Source: Bryobacteraceae bacterium (lineage in GTDB: Bacteria > Acidobacteriota > Terriglobia > Bryobacterales > Bryobacteraceae). From it: DNA of 51,446 nt. Below the pieces are notes generated by a model, which was not told the origin of the DNA, made no database searches, and was given only the letters and a program-made list of their open reading frames with translations. The stretch lies in contig JBGPKH010000001.1 of the NCBI GenBank assembly GCA_041485845.1, positions 1 through 51,446 on the forward strand, in the 5' to 3' direction. Both the position numbers and the translations under genes were made by a program. Below, piece after piece: positions 1-8,405 of the stretch; position 1 is the first letter of the stretch, and the number at the start of each line of letters is the position of its first letter.

Positions 1-1
1 G

Positions 2-181
2 GTGGGCGCGTTGGCGCTGAGCCGCCTGGTGGAGTCGCAACTGTTCGGCATGAAGGCGGCGGATCCGAGGGTGCTGTCGGGGGCGGCGGTGACATTAGCG
101 GTTGTGGCGCTGCTCGCGGCGTTTGTGCCCGGATGGCGGGCGTCGCGCATCGACCCGGTGCGGGCGCTGAAGCACGAATAG
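2..181 (+). CDS. C-terminal end of an FtsX/MacB-type (ADOP-like) ABC transporter permease, 5' partial at the window edge
   Basis: Frame 2 reads ...LVESQLFGMKAADPRVLSGAAVTLAVVALLAAFVPGWRASRIDPVRALKHE* with stop at 179-181. A hydrophobic last TM helix followed by P-x-x-RA-x-RIDP-x-x-AL is the usual FtsX-family C-terminus. It is not in the ORF track because no start codon lies inside the window. Confidence 0.75.
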   Translation: MGALALSRLVESQLFGMKAADPRVLSGAAVTLAVVALLAAFVPGWRASRIDPVRALKHE

Positions 182-242
182 GGCGAGGGACTCCGGGCGC
201 GAACACCGTATCTGGCAGGGGGAACCGCAAGTATAATGAAGG

Positions 243-527
243 TTGGCTTTGGAATTCGAGTGGGCCCCCCAAAAGGCTGCGGCAAATCTGGCCAAACACA
301 AAGTGTCATTCGAGGAAGCAGCGACGGTCTTCGGCGATCCATTAGGCCGCATTGTGGCCGATCCGCGGAGTTCGTCGGAGGAGGAGCGGTTGGTGCTGCT
401 GGGCCTGTCGCAAGACCAGCGATTGCTTGCGGTCATGTATGTCGACCGGGGCAGGGCCATTCGCATGATCAGCGCGCGGCAGGCCACACGCCATGAGCGA
501 AGGAACTATGAAGAGACCGCGCAGTAA
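243..527 (+). CDS. brnT: BrnT-family (DUF497) type II toxin
   Basis: 94-aa ORF. The N-terminus FEWAPQKAAANLAKHKVSFEEAATVFGDP and the later ...LLGLSQDQRLLAVMYVDRG..IRMISARQATRHERRNY match the DUF497/BrnT pattern. It overlaps the downstream partner ORF. Confidence 0.85.
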   Translation: MALEFEWAPQKAAANLAKHKVSFEEAATVFGDPLGRIVADPRSSSEEERLVLLGLSQDQRLLAVMYVDRGRAIRMISARQATRHERRNYEETAQ

Positions 528-765
528 AGGCGAGGCCGCCGATCGGGCCGATGCCGACGAGATTCTTCCGGAGTATGATTTCAGCCGGGCGTCGCTCAAC
601 AAGTACGCATCGCGGTATGCGGCGGGAAGTGCTGTCGTTGTGTTGGAACCCGATGTAGGCGCCGCATTTCCAAGTTCAGGAGAGGCCAATGAGGCACTTC
701 GCGCTCTGGCGGAGATCATTCAGAAACATCGCTCCCGCCGGCCGTCGTCGCGCCGCAGTTACTAA
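493..765 (+). CDS. brnA: BrnA-like antitoxin partner of BrnT
   Basis: 90-aa ORF overlapping the brnT 3' end. The motif ILPEYDFSRA..NKYA is typical of BrnA-type partners. The exact start (493 or ATG 508) is uncertain. Confidence 0.65.
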   Translation: MSEGTMKRPRSKGEAADRADADEILPEYDFSRASLNKYASRYAAGSAVVVLEPDVGAAFPSSGEANEALRALAEIIQKHRSRRPSSRRSY

Positions 766-1009
766 GAGACAGACAAGCAGGTTTGCGTTTTGGACTTGCA
801 TCGGTGCCCTCGTCCGAAGCCGGCCGCAGTTGTCCAGGTCAGTCTGAAGATAAGCTGTGCCGGGGATGATCGCCACAATGCCCGTGATCCGGGGTCTAGG
901 CACGACAGCAAACGAGAAGCCATGAGCAAACCCAGCCCTTCGATCTTTCGCGACGCGCTCCAGGTGTCTCCCGAACTCATCGCATTAATTGGCGATGATG
1001 ATCTGAACG

Positions 1010-1130
1010 TTGGCGGTGTTTGCCGCCTTCGAGCGGAAGATTCTGCGGGAACGCGTGAGCGCCGGCGCCGTCAGGTCCAGGCTTCGGTCTAGGAAACGAA
1101 GCCGGCCCCGAGCCGGTCCGTTCCGCCAAA
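1010..1130 (+). pseudogene. Remnant of a serine recombinase/resolvase (central fragment only)
   Basis: Translation AVFAAFERKILRERVSAGAVRSRLRSRKRSRPR resembles the resolvase segment (A)EFERxxIRERVxAGLxxAxxxGKxxGRPR. No catalytic N-terminal domain or HTH is present. The upstream ORF piece (MSKPSPSIFRDALQVSPELIALIGDDDLN) is in another frame. Confidence 0.35.
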
Positions 1131-1132
1131 CT

Positions 1133-1153
1133 GTAATATACTATGATATATAC
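1133..1153 (+). promoter_or_regulatory. AT-rich patch with two ATATAC direct repeats 12 bp apart, likely vapBC promoter/operator
   Basis: gtaATATACtatgatATATACc lies just upstream of the GGAGG (1159-1163) and ATG 1168 of vapB. It is the only AT-rich stretch in the locality. AbrB-type VapB antitoxins bind repeated half-sites. Confidence 0.35.
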
Positions 1154-1167
1154 CAATGGAGGACCCC

Positions 1168-1410
1168 ATGCCACGCACGGCAAAGCTGTTTCGCAATGGC
1201 CGCAGTCAGGCAGTTCGCCTGCCTTCCGAGTTTCGGTTCGAAGGCAGTGAAGTCTATATTCGGCGGGACCTCGCGACCGGAGATGTGATCCTGTCGCGGC
1301 GGCCGGAGTCCTGGGAGAGCTTTTTCAAACTCACCGAGCAAGCAGGCGTGCCGGAAGACTTCATGTCCGATCGTCAGGATGGACCGGCGCAGAACCGCGA
1401 GCCGTTGTGA
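1168..1410 (+). CDS. vapB: VapB antitoxin (AbrB/SpoVT-type)
   Basis: [34 protein letters not shown] is the classical AbrB-fold VapB N-terminus. GGAGG sits 5 nt upstream of ATG 1168. The stop overlaps the vapC start (GTGATG). Confidence 0.8.
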   Translation: MPRTAKLFRNGRSQAVRLPSEFRFEGSEVYIRRDLATGDVILSRRPESWESFFKLTEQAGVPEDFMSDRQDGPAQNREPL

Positions 1411-1817
1411 TGACGGGCCGATACCTGCTGGACACCAACATTGCCAGCTACGTCATCAAGGGCAACATTCCGGCTGTCCGCCGCCGCATCGTCAGAGTGC
1501 CCATGGCGCAGCTCGCCATCTCCACGGTGACCGAGGGCGAGTTGCGCTATGGACTGGCGCGGCGTCCTGACGCCACGCGCTTGCAGACCATCGTCGAGGA
1601 ATTCCTGGTTAGAGTTGTGATCGTGCCTTGGGATTCCGAAGCGGCACAGCACTACGGGAAGATCCGGACCGCGCTCGAACGCGAGGGCCGGCCGATGGGG
1701 AGCCTCGACATGATGATCGGCGCTCACGCCCTGTCGTTGGGAGCTGTCCTGGTCACCAACGACCGAGCGTTCAAACGGATCAAGAATCTGAGCGTCGAAG
1801 ACTGGACCCGGCGGTAG
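1407..1817 (+). CDS. vapC: VapC PIN-domain ribonuclease toxin
   Basis: 136 aa. [14 protein letters not shown] (first acidic PIN residue), ...TEGELRYG..., ...[22 protein letters not shown] (last acidic residues). Translationally coupled to vapB. Confidence 0.9.
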   Translation: MMTGRYLLDTNIASYVIKGNIPAVRRRIVRVPMAQLAISTVTEGELRYGLARRPDATRLQTIVEEFLVRVVIVPWDSEAAQHYGKIRTALEREGRPMGSLDMMIGAHALSLGAVLVTNDRAFKRIKNLSVEDWTRR

Positions 1818-1825
1818 TTCCGGTG

Positions 1826-2966
1826 CTACGGCTTCCCCAGCGAGCACAGCGGATCCCCTAACACCACGCCCTGCCAGCTTAGAAACGGCATCGCCAGATA
1901 GTAGCTTTCTGGCCCTCGTAGTAGGCGGGCAGCAGGTAGTCCGGCCGCACGCACGCCACAAGGCACGGCTCATACACGTTCCCTGACGCGCCCGCCGCCC
2001 CCTCGTGGATGGCGTCCGCGCTCAAGCCCTGGGGCGAACCGGCGAACAGGTGCTTCGTATCCTTCCACGAGGTGTAGGTCCAATCGTCCAGCGGACGCTT
2101 CATGGTGCGGGCGTTGGTGGAGACGAACTCGGTGGCGATCGCGCCGGGCAGCCACTGGAATCCCAGGTGACGCCGCTTGCGGTTCTCGTCGTTCGATCCC
2201 CAGGAGGCGTAGCCGATCACGTCTTTCAGGTCGTAGAGCACCCTCGCGCTTTCGTCCACGGTGGTGCCGGCGGCGGGTAAGAGGATCGCGGCGTTGGGCA
2301 GCCAGTTGTCGCCCACTTCTTCGTTGCCGGAGCGGAGATCCAGCACGAATTTGCCGTGGTTCCGCGCTGCCAGCGCGCGGCCGATCATGGCTTTGACGTC
2401 GTTGACATCGAACGCGGCGAGCCTGGTCGCCAGGTAGATGGGGAATTGCGGGTGCCGGAACGGCGCATCGCGCTTCATGAAATACGGATTGGCAACCGGG
2501 CCTGCGCGCGGGTATTTCGCTCCCTTCAGTACTCGGCGTTCATGCGCGAGCCCCCGCCCTGCACTTTGAGCGGAGTCCCCGGGGTGGTCGCGATGTACAG
2601 CACACTCTCCGGAAGCGCCGCTTTCTTGAGGCACTCCGCGACCGGCCGCTCGATCTGCTGTTGGCAGACCGGCCACGGGATTTCCTCAGCGGAGGTGGTA
2701 TCGAGGTAGCAGACATGGGGCGCGGGGATGGAACGCCGCTGGCGGTAGTAGTCGCCGATCTGCCGGGAATCCGCGTCGTTGCGGTTGACCACCAGGAGCA
2801 GGTTCGCGCCGGTTTGCGCGTGCAGGCGGGGAAGCAGGGCCAAAAGCGGCAGGAGCAAGCCGACAGCGTGGATAGCCGCCGGGTTGGAGGTGCGGTTCCT
2901 TTTGTTACAATAAGTACCACACGACGGGCGTGAGCGAGATTCATTATTTCTATCCCGCCGATTCAT
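1826..2966 (-). pseudogene. TIGR03790-family secreted protein, disrupted by two apparent 1-nt frameshifts
   Basis: Three consecutive reading frames carry one protein. The N-terminal part (2526-2966) has a signal peptide plus LLVVNRNDADSRQIGDYYRQRRSIP...TPLKVQGGG. The middle part (1879-2676) reads ...AKYPRAGPVANPYF...GYASWGSNDE...GASGNVYEPCL...LLPAYYEG. The third frame reads PESYYLAMPFLSWQGVVLGDPLCSLGKP* and ends at 1826. The shifts lie at about 2553-2560 (a G5/C5 run) and about 1905-1912. Confidence 0.7.
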
Positions 2967-3012
2967 GATTTAACTGGCAGCCGGCCGGCAGCCCCAACGC
3001 CTCCGGCAACTT

Positions 3013-3909
3013 ATGGACTTCGATCAGCTTCACACGTTCCTCGAAATCGTCCGGCTGAAGAGTTTTTCGAAAGCCGCACAGACGTGTTACCGTACGCAGC
3101 CGGCCATCAGCGCCCAGGTGCGGCAGCTCGAGCAGGAACTCCACACCGAGCTGTTCGAGCGCTTCGGCAGCCGGATTTCACTCACCACGGCCGGCCGCAT
3201 CTTCGCCGAATACGCCGAGCAGTTACTCGATCTGCGCCGCCGCGCGCAGGACGCCATCGCCGAGCTGGAGACGAATCCCCGCGGCGAGCTGGTGATCGCG
3301 GCCAACGAAGCCACCTGCATCTACGTGCTGCCTGAGGTCTTTTCCGAATACCGGCAGCTCTTCCCGGCGGTGCAGCTCCAGGTCAACCGCTCCTTCGGGG
3401 CGCACGTAGTCGAAGCGGTGCTGGACAATTCGGCGGATTTCGGACTCACGCAACTGCCGGTGGAGGAGAAGCGCCTGCAAGTGGTGACCGTCCACAACGA
3501 CGAGATCCGGCTGATCGTTCCGGCGCGCCATGCGCTGGCCGACAAGAGGACGGTCAAGCCCGAGGATCTGGTGGAATACTACCTGGTGCTCCCCCAACAG
3601 GGAAAGACGCGCACGCGGCTGAATGAGTGGCTGTCGCCTGTGGAGGACGAAATCCGCATCTCCATGGAGCTGGACTCCACCGAAATGATGAAGCGGTTCG
3701 TCATGGCCGGGCTGGGAGTGAGCTTTCTGGCGGTCTCGAACTGCCGCGAGGAGATGGCCTCCGGAAAACTGCGCGCGGTGGCGCTTTCGCCGGAACCCAT
3801 GCTGCGCCGGTTGGGTTTAGTCTATCGTAAGGACAAGGCACTGTCGAAGGCCGCCCTGGGCTTCATCCAGGTCGTGCTGGATAATGTGAAAGACCGGGTG
3901 GTGGCTTGA
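3013..3909 (+). CDS. LysR-family transcriptional regulator
   Basis: 298 aa. The N-terminal wHTH reads LHTFLEIVRLKSFSKAAQTCYRTQPAISAQVRQLEQEL, followed by a LysR substrate-binding domain. Divergent from the TIGR03790 gene. Confidence 0.9.
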   Translation: MDFDQLHTFLEIVRLKSFSKAAQTCYRTQPAISAQVRQLEQELHTELFERFGSRISLTTAGRIFAEYAEQLLDLRRRAQDAIAELETNPRGELVIAANEATCIYVLPEVFSEYRQLFPAVQLQVNRSFGAHVVEAVLDNSADFGLTQLPVEEKRLQVVTVHNDEIRLIVPARHALADKRTVKPEDLVEYYLVLPQQGKTRTRLNEWLSPVEDEIRISMELDSTEMMKRFVMAGLGVSFLAVSNCREEMASGKLRAVALSPEPMLRRLGLVYRKDKALSKAALGFIQVVLDNVKDRVVA

Positions 3910-4343
3910 TGACTTGCAAACGCTGCCGGAAGAGCTTTGGAGCGGACCAAGCCCGCTGTCCGCATTGCGGGGAGCCGAAGCCGGACTCATCGGGGCTCTT
4001 CCAGACCTCGACCGTCCTGATCTCCGCTGAGGGGACGGACCAGGTCTACCGGTCGGTGGAGGACGTTCCGGCGCGCCTGCGAACCAAGCTGCTCAAGTCC
4101 ACCAACGGCGCCAACTCCGCCACCATCCTGATCGCCGACCAGCGGGGGCGGAAGGAAATCGCCAAGGCCATGCGCAACCTGCCGGGCCCCGCGCAACGCC
4201 GCCTGATGCACTCCATCCTCGGCGCCGAAGCTTCGCAAAACGCCCTGCGCTGGCTCACGCCGGGCCGCAAACGGGCGATTCTCGCCTTGGTTGGCGCACT
4301 CACCCTGGGGCTCATCGCGCTGGTATTCCTGCATCGCTGGTAG
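3909..4343 (+). CDS. Hypothetical membrane-anchored protein with N-terminal zinc-ribbon (CxxC...CxxC)
   Basis: MTCKRCRKSFGADQARCPHCGEP at the N-terminus and a C-terminal hydrophobic helix AILALVGALTLGLIALVFL. The start overlaps the LysR stop (TGATG). Confidence 0.6.
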   Translation: MTCKRCRKSFGADQARCPHCGEPKPDSSGLFQTSTVLISAEGTDQVYRSVEDVPARLRTKLLKSTNGANSATILIADQRGRKEIAKAMRNLPGPAQRRLMHSILGAEASQNALRWLTPGRKRAILALVGALTLGLIALVFLHRW

Positions 4344-4516
4344 CGCGACGTCCCATATACCGCTGACTTACGCGCGCGGCTCCGCATGCCGGTTCCGAGG
4401 CGCGACCGCGAGAAGCTGTGAAGAACTGTGGCCCGATTGGTTTTTTGGGCTTCGGAGGGAGCAGTTTGTCAGTTGTGCGCCCTACAGTTTTCCCGCGGTC
4501 CCACCGATTCTTGGGC

Positions 4517-4882
4517 ATGGACCAACGTCGTGAGCCCCGTTTCGCTACCAATCAATCCGTCGTCGTCACGGTTCTGGGCGAGCACGCCAGGCGGGAGACC
4601 GCCGTGGTGAAGAATGCTTCCGCCCGCGGACTGGCGATCGAGGTGCCGGGACCGATCGCTCCCGGTACTGCCCTCAAGATCGAATTCGAGGATTCGACGG
4701 TGCTGGGCGAAGCGGTATACTGCGGCGGCGGACCGGATTCCCATCTGGTGGGAGTGGAACTCGACCAGGTGATTTGCAGCTTGACTCAGCTTGGCAGGAA
4801 GCTACAGGAGTTTGCGGACGGGCGCAATGTCAGGACGGCAGGTGGCGCACGCCTTGAAAAACAGAACACGCCAATACCATGA
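4517..4882 (+). CDS. PilZ-domain protein
   Basis: MDQRREPRF (RxxxR) and VKNASARGLAI (D/N-x-S-x-x-G) are the two c-di-GMP-binding PilZ motifs. Start placed at ATG 4517 rather than the ORF-track 4418. Confidence 0.65.
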   Translation: MDQRREPRFATNQSVVVTVLGEHARRETAVVKNASARGLAIEVPGPIAPGTALKIEFEDSTVLGEAVYCGGGPDSHLVGVELDQVICSLTQLGRKLQEFADGRNVRTAGGARLEKQNTPIP

Positions 4883-4961
4883 GCAATCCCAGGAACAGCA
4901 GGATCGCCGCGTTATGCGCCACGCGGCCGCGCATCAGATTTGGGTGCAGGACTCTCCTCAT
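4830..4961 (-). CDS. Possible 43-aa small membrane protein
   Basis: Hand translation gives MRRVLHPNLMRGRVAHNAAILLFLGLLMVLACSVFQGVRHLPS*, with GGGGAG 6 nt upstream of the ATG and one hydrophobic helix. It is below the ORF-track cut-off and overlaps the 3' end of the PilZ ORF, so it is weak. Confidence 0.25.
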   Translation of the reverse strand: MRRVLHPNLMRGRVAHNAAILLFLGLLMVLACSVFQGVRHLPS

Positions 4962-5036
4962 CGGTTACTCCCCGGCCTCTGATTATATGAACGTAAGAGA
5001 AACCGCTGGGGTTACAGCGATGCGCTATCCTGTGAT

Positions 5037-5912
5037 GTGAATCGCAAAGCGGTGGTCTTTGGGGCCGCCGGACAGCTCGGCGTGGAGTTGGTCCGGGAGC
5101 TGAAAGCGCGGCAATACGAAGTCACGGGATGGCAGCGCTCCCAGGTAGATATCACGGACGCTGCCGCGGTGGAGAACGCGCTGGCCCGTTACGATGCTGA
5201 AGTAGTGTTCAATTCGGCGGCTTACAACCAGGTAGACGTAGCCGAAAAGGAACCCCAGGCGGCCTTCCTGGTGAACGGGCTGGCGGTGCGGAACCTGGCG
5301 CTGGCCTGCCGGCAGGTGGATGCCCGGCTGGTCCATTTCTCGACGGACTATGTGTTCGACGGGCTGGCCCGCCATCCTTATATCGAGGAAGATCCCACGC
5401 ACCCGCTGGGAGCCTATGCCGTTTCCAAACTGGCGGGTGAGCTCTACGCGCAGGCTTACCTGGATCGCGCCCTGGTGGTCCGGACGTCGGGGGTCTTCGG
5501 TCCCGGAGGGCTCTCGACCGCCCGCGGCAATTTTGTCGAGCTGATGCTGCGGCTGGCCGGGTCCAAGAATCCGATCCGCGTGGTGGAAGACCACGTGGCC
5601 TCTCCAACCTTCGCTCCGCTGTTGGCCGCCCGCACCGTCGATCTGGTGGAACGCGAGGTGGCGGGTGTCGTCCATGTAGGCGGGGGTACGCCCAGCTCGT
5701 GGTTCCACTTTGCGCGAACCATTTTCGAAGTGGCGGACCTACAGCCCATGCTGCTGGCCACCAACGAGCGGGAATACCGCACCTCGGCCCGCAGGCCGAA
5801 GTACTCGGCACTATCCAACGCCAAGATGGAGCGCTTGGGCCTGGAGCCTATGCCGCCGTTGCGCCAGGCCGTGGAAGCCTATTTCGCAGCTCGCGGCGCC
5901 CAAGGTTCTTAG
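5037..5912 (+). CDS. rfbD: dTDP-4-dehydrorhamnose reductase
   Basis: 291 aa with a GTG start. It has the Rossmann motif VVFGAAGQLG, then DITD...VFNSAAYNQVDVAEKEP..AF.VN, STDYVFDG, YAVSKLAGE (YxxxK), and an RmlD-type C-terminus. Confidence 0.85.
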   Translation: MNRKAVVFGAAGQLGVELVRELKARQYEVTGWQRSQVDITDAAAVENALARYDAEVVFNSAAYNQVDVAEKEPQAAFLVNGLAVRNLALACRQVDARLVHFSTDYVFDGLARHPYIEEDPTHPLGAYAVSKLAGELYAQAYLDRALVVRTSGVFGPGGLSTARGNFVELMLRLAGSKNPIRVVEDHVASPTFAPLLAARTVDLVEREVAGVVHVGGGTPSSWFHFARTIFEVADLQPMLLATNEREYRTSARRPKYSALSNAKMERLGLEPMPPLRQAVEAYFAARGAQGS

Positions 5913-5919
5913 GGAGCCT

Positions 5920-5939
5920 GACAGGCCAGGAGGCCTGTC
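5920..5939. terminator. GC-rich hairpin (gacaggcc-agga-ggcctgtc) between convergent genes; copy 1 of a reused 24-nt element
   Basis: Perfect 8-bp stem with a 4-nt loop in the 31-bp gap between the rfbD stop (5912) and the VWA gene stop (5944). The same 24-mer gacaggccaggaggcctgtcccac recurs at 14982-15005. Confidence 0.5.
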
Positions 5940-5943
5940 CCAC

Positions 5944-6927
5944 TTAACGCGACTCCGGCTTCACCGCGTAATAGCCCTTGCGCGCCTGAGCCTTGAGGTC
6001 CTTGTTCGACAGCTTGATATCCAGCTTACGGTAAGATCCGTCCTTGGTATCGTTGGCGGGGGTGTAGCCAATGGCGTACTGGCTGCGCATCTCGTCCTGC
6101 AATTCCTTGAAGATCTGGTCGAGCGTATGCTTCCGGTCCACCTTGTAGACATGCCCGCCGGTCTCCTCGGACATCTTGCGCAGGTAGCCCTCGCCGCCTC
6201 CGCCACCGAACACCATCCCGTATCCGCCATAGGCGCGCGGGTCGGAATAATCGATGCTGTAGATCACCGCGTCCGCCTTTTGCGCGGACTCGACCGCCTG
6301 GTTGAGCGTCAGCCGGCTGCCCTGGTCCACTCCGTCGGTGATCACTACGATCACCTTCCGCCCCACTTCCGTGCGCAGCTTTTCGTTGGCGGCCAGATAG
6401 ATCGCGTCGTACAGCACGGTGCCCCGGGGACCGCCGGCAGTCGGAACCGGCCCCGGGTGGATGCCGCCGACGCCCGAATTGGGCCGCAACTGGTTCAACG
6501 CGGCGCTGAGCAGCTTGGTTGAGTTGGTGTAGTCCTGCAAGAGCTCGGATTCTTCGCCGAACTGGATGAGGAAAGCTTCGTCCTTTTTGCGCAAAACCTG
6601 GGAGAAAAACTGCGAAGCGGCATTGCGCTCGATCTCGATGAGGTTGCGCTGGCTGCCGCTCACGTCCACCAGCAGCCCGATAGTCAAGGGGAGGTCCGTC
6701 TCCTTGGTGAAGTACTTGATATCCTGAGACTTGCCGTCCTCCAGGACGGTGAAGTCGTTCTTTTCGAGATTGGCCACCAGCGCCCCGCGCTTGTCCCGCA
6801 CGGAGGCCAGAATGCTGACCACGTCGACGTCCAGCTTGATGATCGGCGCCTCCTGGTCAGGCTTCGTCTGAGGGGGCGTCTGAGCCAGAAGCGCAGCGCC
6901 GAGGGCAGAAACAAGAAGTAGTCGCAT
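5944..6927 (-). CDS. Secreted VWA-domain protein (acidobacterial TIGR03436-like)
   Basis: Start placed at MRLLLVSALGAALLAQ (signal peptide). LDVDVVSILASVRDKRGALVANLEKNDFTVLEDGKSQDIKYF, then the MIDAS-like LLVDVSGS, ...VVITDGVD.GS..., and a C-terminal YRKLDIKL...ARKGYYA. Confidence 0.85.
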   Translation of the reverse strand: MRLLLVSALGAALLAQTPPQTKPDQEAPIIKLDVDVVSILASVRDKRGALVANLEKNDFTVLEDGKSQDIKYFTKETDLPLTIGLLVDVSGSQRNLIEIERNAASQFFSQVLRKKDEAFLIQFGEESELLQDYTNSTKLLSAALNQLRPNSGVGGIHPGPVPTAGGPRGTVLYDAIYLAANEKLRTEVGRKVIVVITDGVDQGSRLTLNQAVESAQKADAVIYSIDYSDPRAYGGYGMVFGGGGGEGYLRKMSEETGGHVYKVDRKHTLDQIFKELQDEMRSQYAIGYTPANDTKDGSYRKLDIKLSNKDLKAQARKGYYAVKPESR

Positions 6928-6970
6928 CCCGATACAATAGGGTGGACGTATCCCCGCGGACGATTGTTTC

Positions 6971-7573
6971 ATGCAAGAAGCCATACACCACCTCAGACGG
7001 TCCGATCCCATTCTATCGGAGATTATCGACCGGGTCGGCGAATATCGTATCCAGTTTCGCGACCCGGATTTTGAAACGCTGATCAAATCGATCGTTTACC
7101 AGCAGCTTAGCGGCCGCGTGGCGAGCGTCATTTTCGGCCGCCTGGCGAAAGCTGCCGGGGAAAAGGTCACGCCCCCGAACATCCTCAAGTTGCGGCCTTC
7201 GCGGATGCGCGCGCTGGGCCTCTCCAGGCAGAAGACCGCTTACATCCGCGACCTGGCCCGCCACGCGCGCGACGGCACCGTGATCTTCGAGGAACTACGG
7301 GAACTCTCCGACGCCGAGGTAATCGAACGCCTGACCCAGGTGAAGGGCGTCGGCGTATGGACGGTTCACATGTTTCTGATCTTCGCGCTGCGCCGCACCG
7401 ACGTGCTGCCGGTCGGCGACCTGGGGATCCGCAACGCCATCCGCAAGGCGTACGGCTTCGCGGAACTTCCGCAGCCGGCGGAGATGGAAGCGCTCGCCCG
7501 GCGCTGGCGGCCCTACTGCACGGTGGCAAGCTGGTACCTGTGGCGGAGTATGGAACCGAACGCCAACCTCTGA
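6971..7573 (+). CDS. alkA: DNA-3-methyladenine glycosylase II family (HhH-GPD) base-excision repair enzyme
   Basis: 200 aa. IVYQQLSGRVASVIFGRL, the HhH motif LTQVKGVGVWTVHMFLIF, and the catalytic region DVLPVGDLGIRNA. Confidence 0.85.
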   Translation: MQEAIHHLRRSDPILSEIIDRVGEYRIQFRDPDFETLIKSIVYQQLSGRVASVIFGRLAKAAGEKVTPPNILKLRPSRMRALGLSRQKTAYIRDLARHARDGTVIFEELRELSDAEVIERLTQVKGVGVWTVHMFLIFALRRTDVLPVGDLGIRNAIRKAYGFAELPQPAEMEALARRWRPYCTVASWYLWRSMEPNANL

Positions 7574-7676
7574 GAATCCGCATGGTGTTGAAATTCTCAA
7601 CGTTTGAGTTATAATTAGTTCAGGATATTCAGACCTCAGGAAGCGGTTACCCCTGGGGGACCAAGGAGAACAAACA

Positions 7677-7904
7677 ATGCGTGCGTTGAAACTGACGGTT
7701 CCGGCAGCCATCTTGATGTCGGGCTTCATACTGTGTACCACGGCATCATTCGGCAAACCCGAGTATATGAAGAAGGAGAGTGTCAAGAGCTGTACGGTCT
7801 GCCACTCGAAGATAGAAGCGAAAGAGGCGATGCCCAAGAACCTGAACGAGACCGGCAAGTGCTACGCCGAGAACGATCACTCTCTCGCCAAGTGCAAGAA
7901 GTAG
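7677..7904 (+). CDS. Small secreted protein with a single CxxCH haem-c motif
   Basis: 75 aa. AAGGAG-like RBS (ccaaggagaacaaacaATG), signal peptide, and CTVCH. The functional call rests on the motif only. Confidence 0.55.
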   Translation: MRALKLTVPAAILMSGFILCTTASFGKPEYMKKESVKSCTVCHSKIEAKEAMPKNLNETGKCYAENDHSLAKCKK

Positions 7905-7920
7905 TCCGACAAAACTGAGC

Positions 7921-7944
7921 GCGCCGGCCCGCCTGCGCCGGCGC
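7921..7944 (+). terminator. Possible intrinsic terminator hairpin after the small CxxCH gene
   Basis: gcgccggc-(8 nt)-gccggcgc followed by ttcccctgccattt. The T-tract is weak. Confidence 0.3.
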
Positions 7945-7992
7945 TTCCCCTGCCATTTGGCATCCCCTCCCTCTGGCCGCGGCTCGGTTTGC

Positions 7993-8009
7993 GGTAGCAT
8001 TATGCTACC
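7993..8009 (+). promoter_or_regulatory. Perfect palindrome ggtagcat-t-atgctacc upstream of the ParD-like antitoxin, candidate operator
   Basis: A 17-bp dyad 10 nt upstream of ATG 8019. Type II antitoxins normally autoregulate through dyad operators overlapping the promoter. Confidence 0.4.
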
Positions 8010-8018
8010 ATCACTGGT

Positions 8019-8405
8019 ATGAGCCAGCCCGTGAAACTCTCCGACGGCCTGGTCCTCGAGGCGCGACTCGCAGGCGATATTTTGGAGCGTTCCATTGCGG
8101 GGCAGGTCGAATTCTGGGCGCGACTCGGCCGGTCCGTTGACCTGTTGCTCGAAGGACAGCAGGTATTGGCGTTGTGCCGGAGCGCCACGGCTCGCCCGCT
8201 GTCCGCCTGCCTGGAGGCCGTGGATTCTCAAAAAGGACGCCAGCGCGTCGCGGACTTCCTCCAAAGCCAGCCGTTTCCTCACTACGAACCACACCCCGAT
8301 CGCCGCGGCCTGCTGGTACGCATCGATCAGGATGGCCGGCGAACGGTGGGGCGCTTCGTGAATCGGCAGTTCCGCCCGGCAAGAGTCAAGGCCAGGCAGC
8401 GGTGA
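8019..8405 (+). CDS. ParD-like antitoxin (partner of zeta/AAA-kinase-like toxins)
   Basis: MSQPVKLSDGLVLEARLAGDILERSIAGQVEFWARLGR resembles the ParD-like family pattern (V.isdeL...A...A....RS.agQiEhWArlGr). The stop overlaps the start of the next gene (GTGA). Confidence 0.7.
   Translation: MSQPVKLSDGLVLEARLAGDILERSIAGQVEFWARLGRSVDLLLEGQQVLALCRSATARPLSACLEAVDSQKGRQRVADFLQSQPFPHYEPHPDRRGLLVRIDQDGRRTVGRFVNRQFRPARVKARQR

Noticed and set aside
232-237. A perfect TATAAT immediately upstream of brnT, which would imply a leaderless transcript.
   Set aside because: There is no acceptable -35 at 17±1 nt, and the putative start codon is TTG, which is unusual for leaderless translation. Kept only as a note.
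2967-3012. A LysR-type T-N11-A box in the 46-bp divergent gap between the TIGR03790 gene and the LysR regulator.
   Set aside because: Only a loose ATC-N12-GAT arrangement is visible, too degenerate to call.
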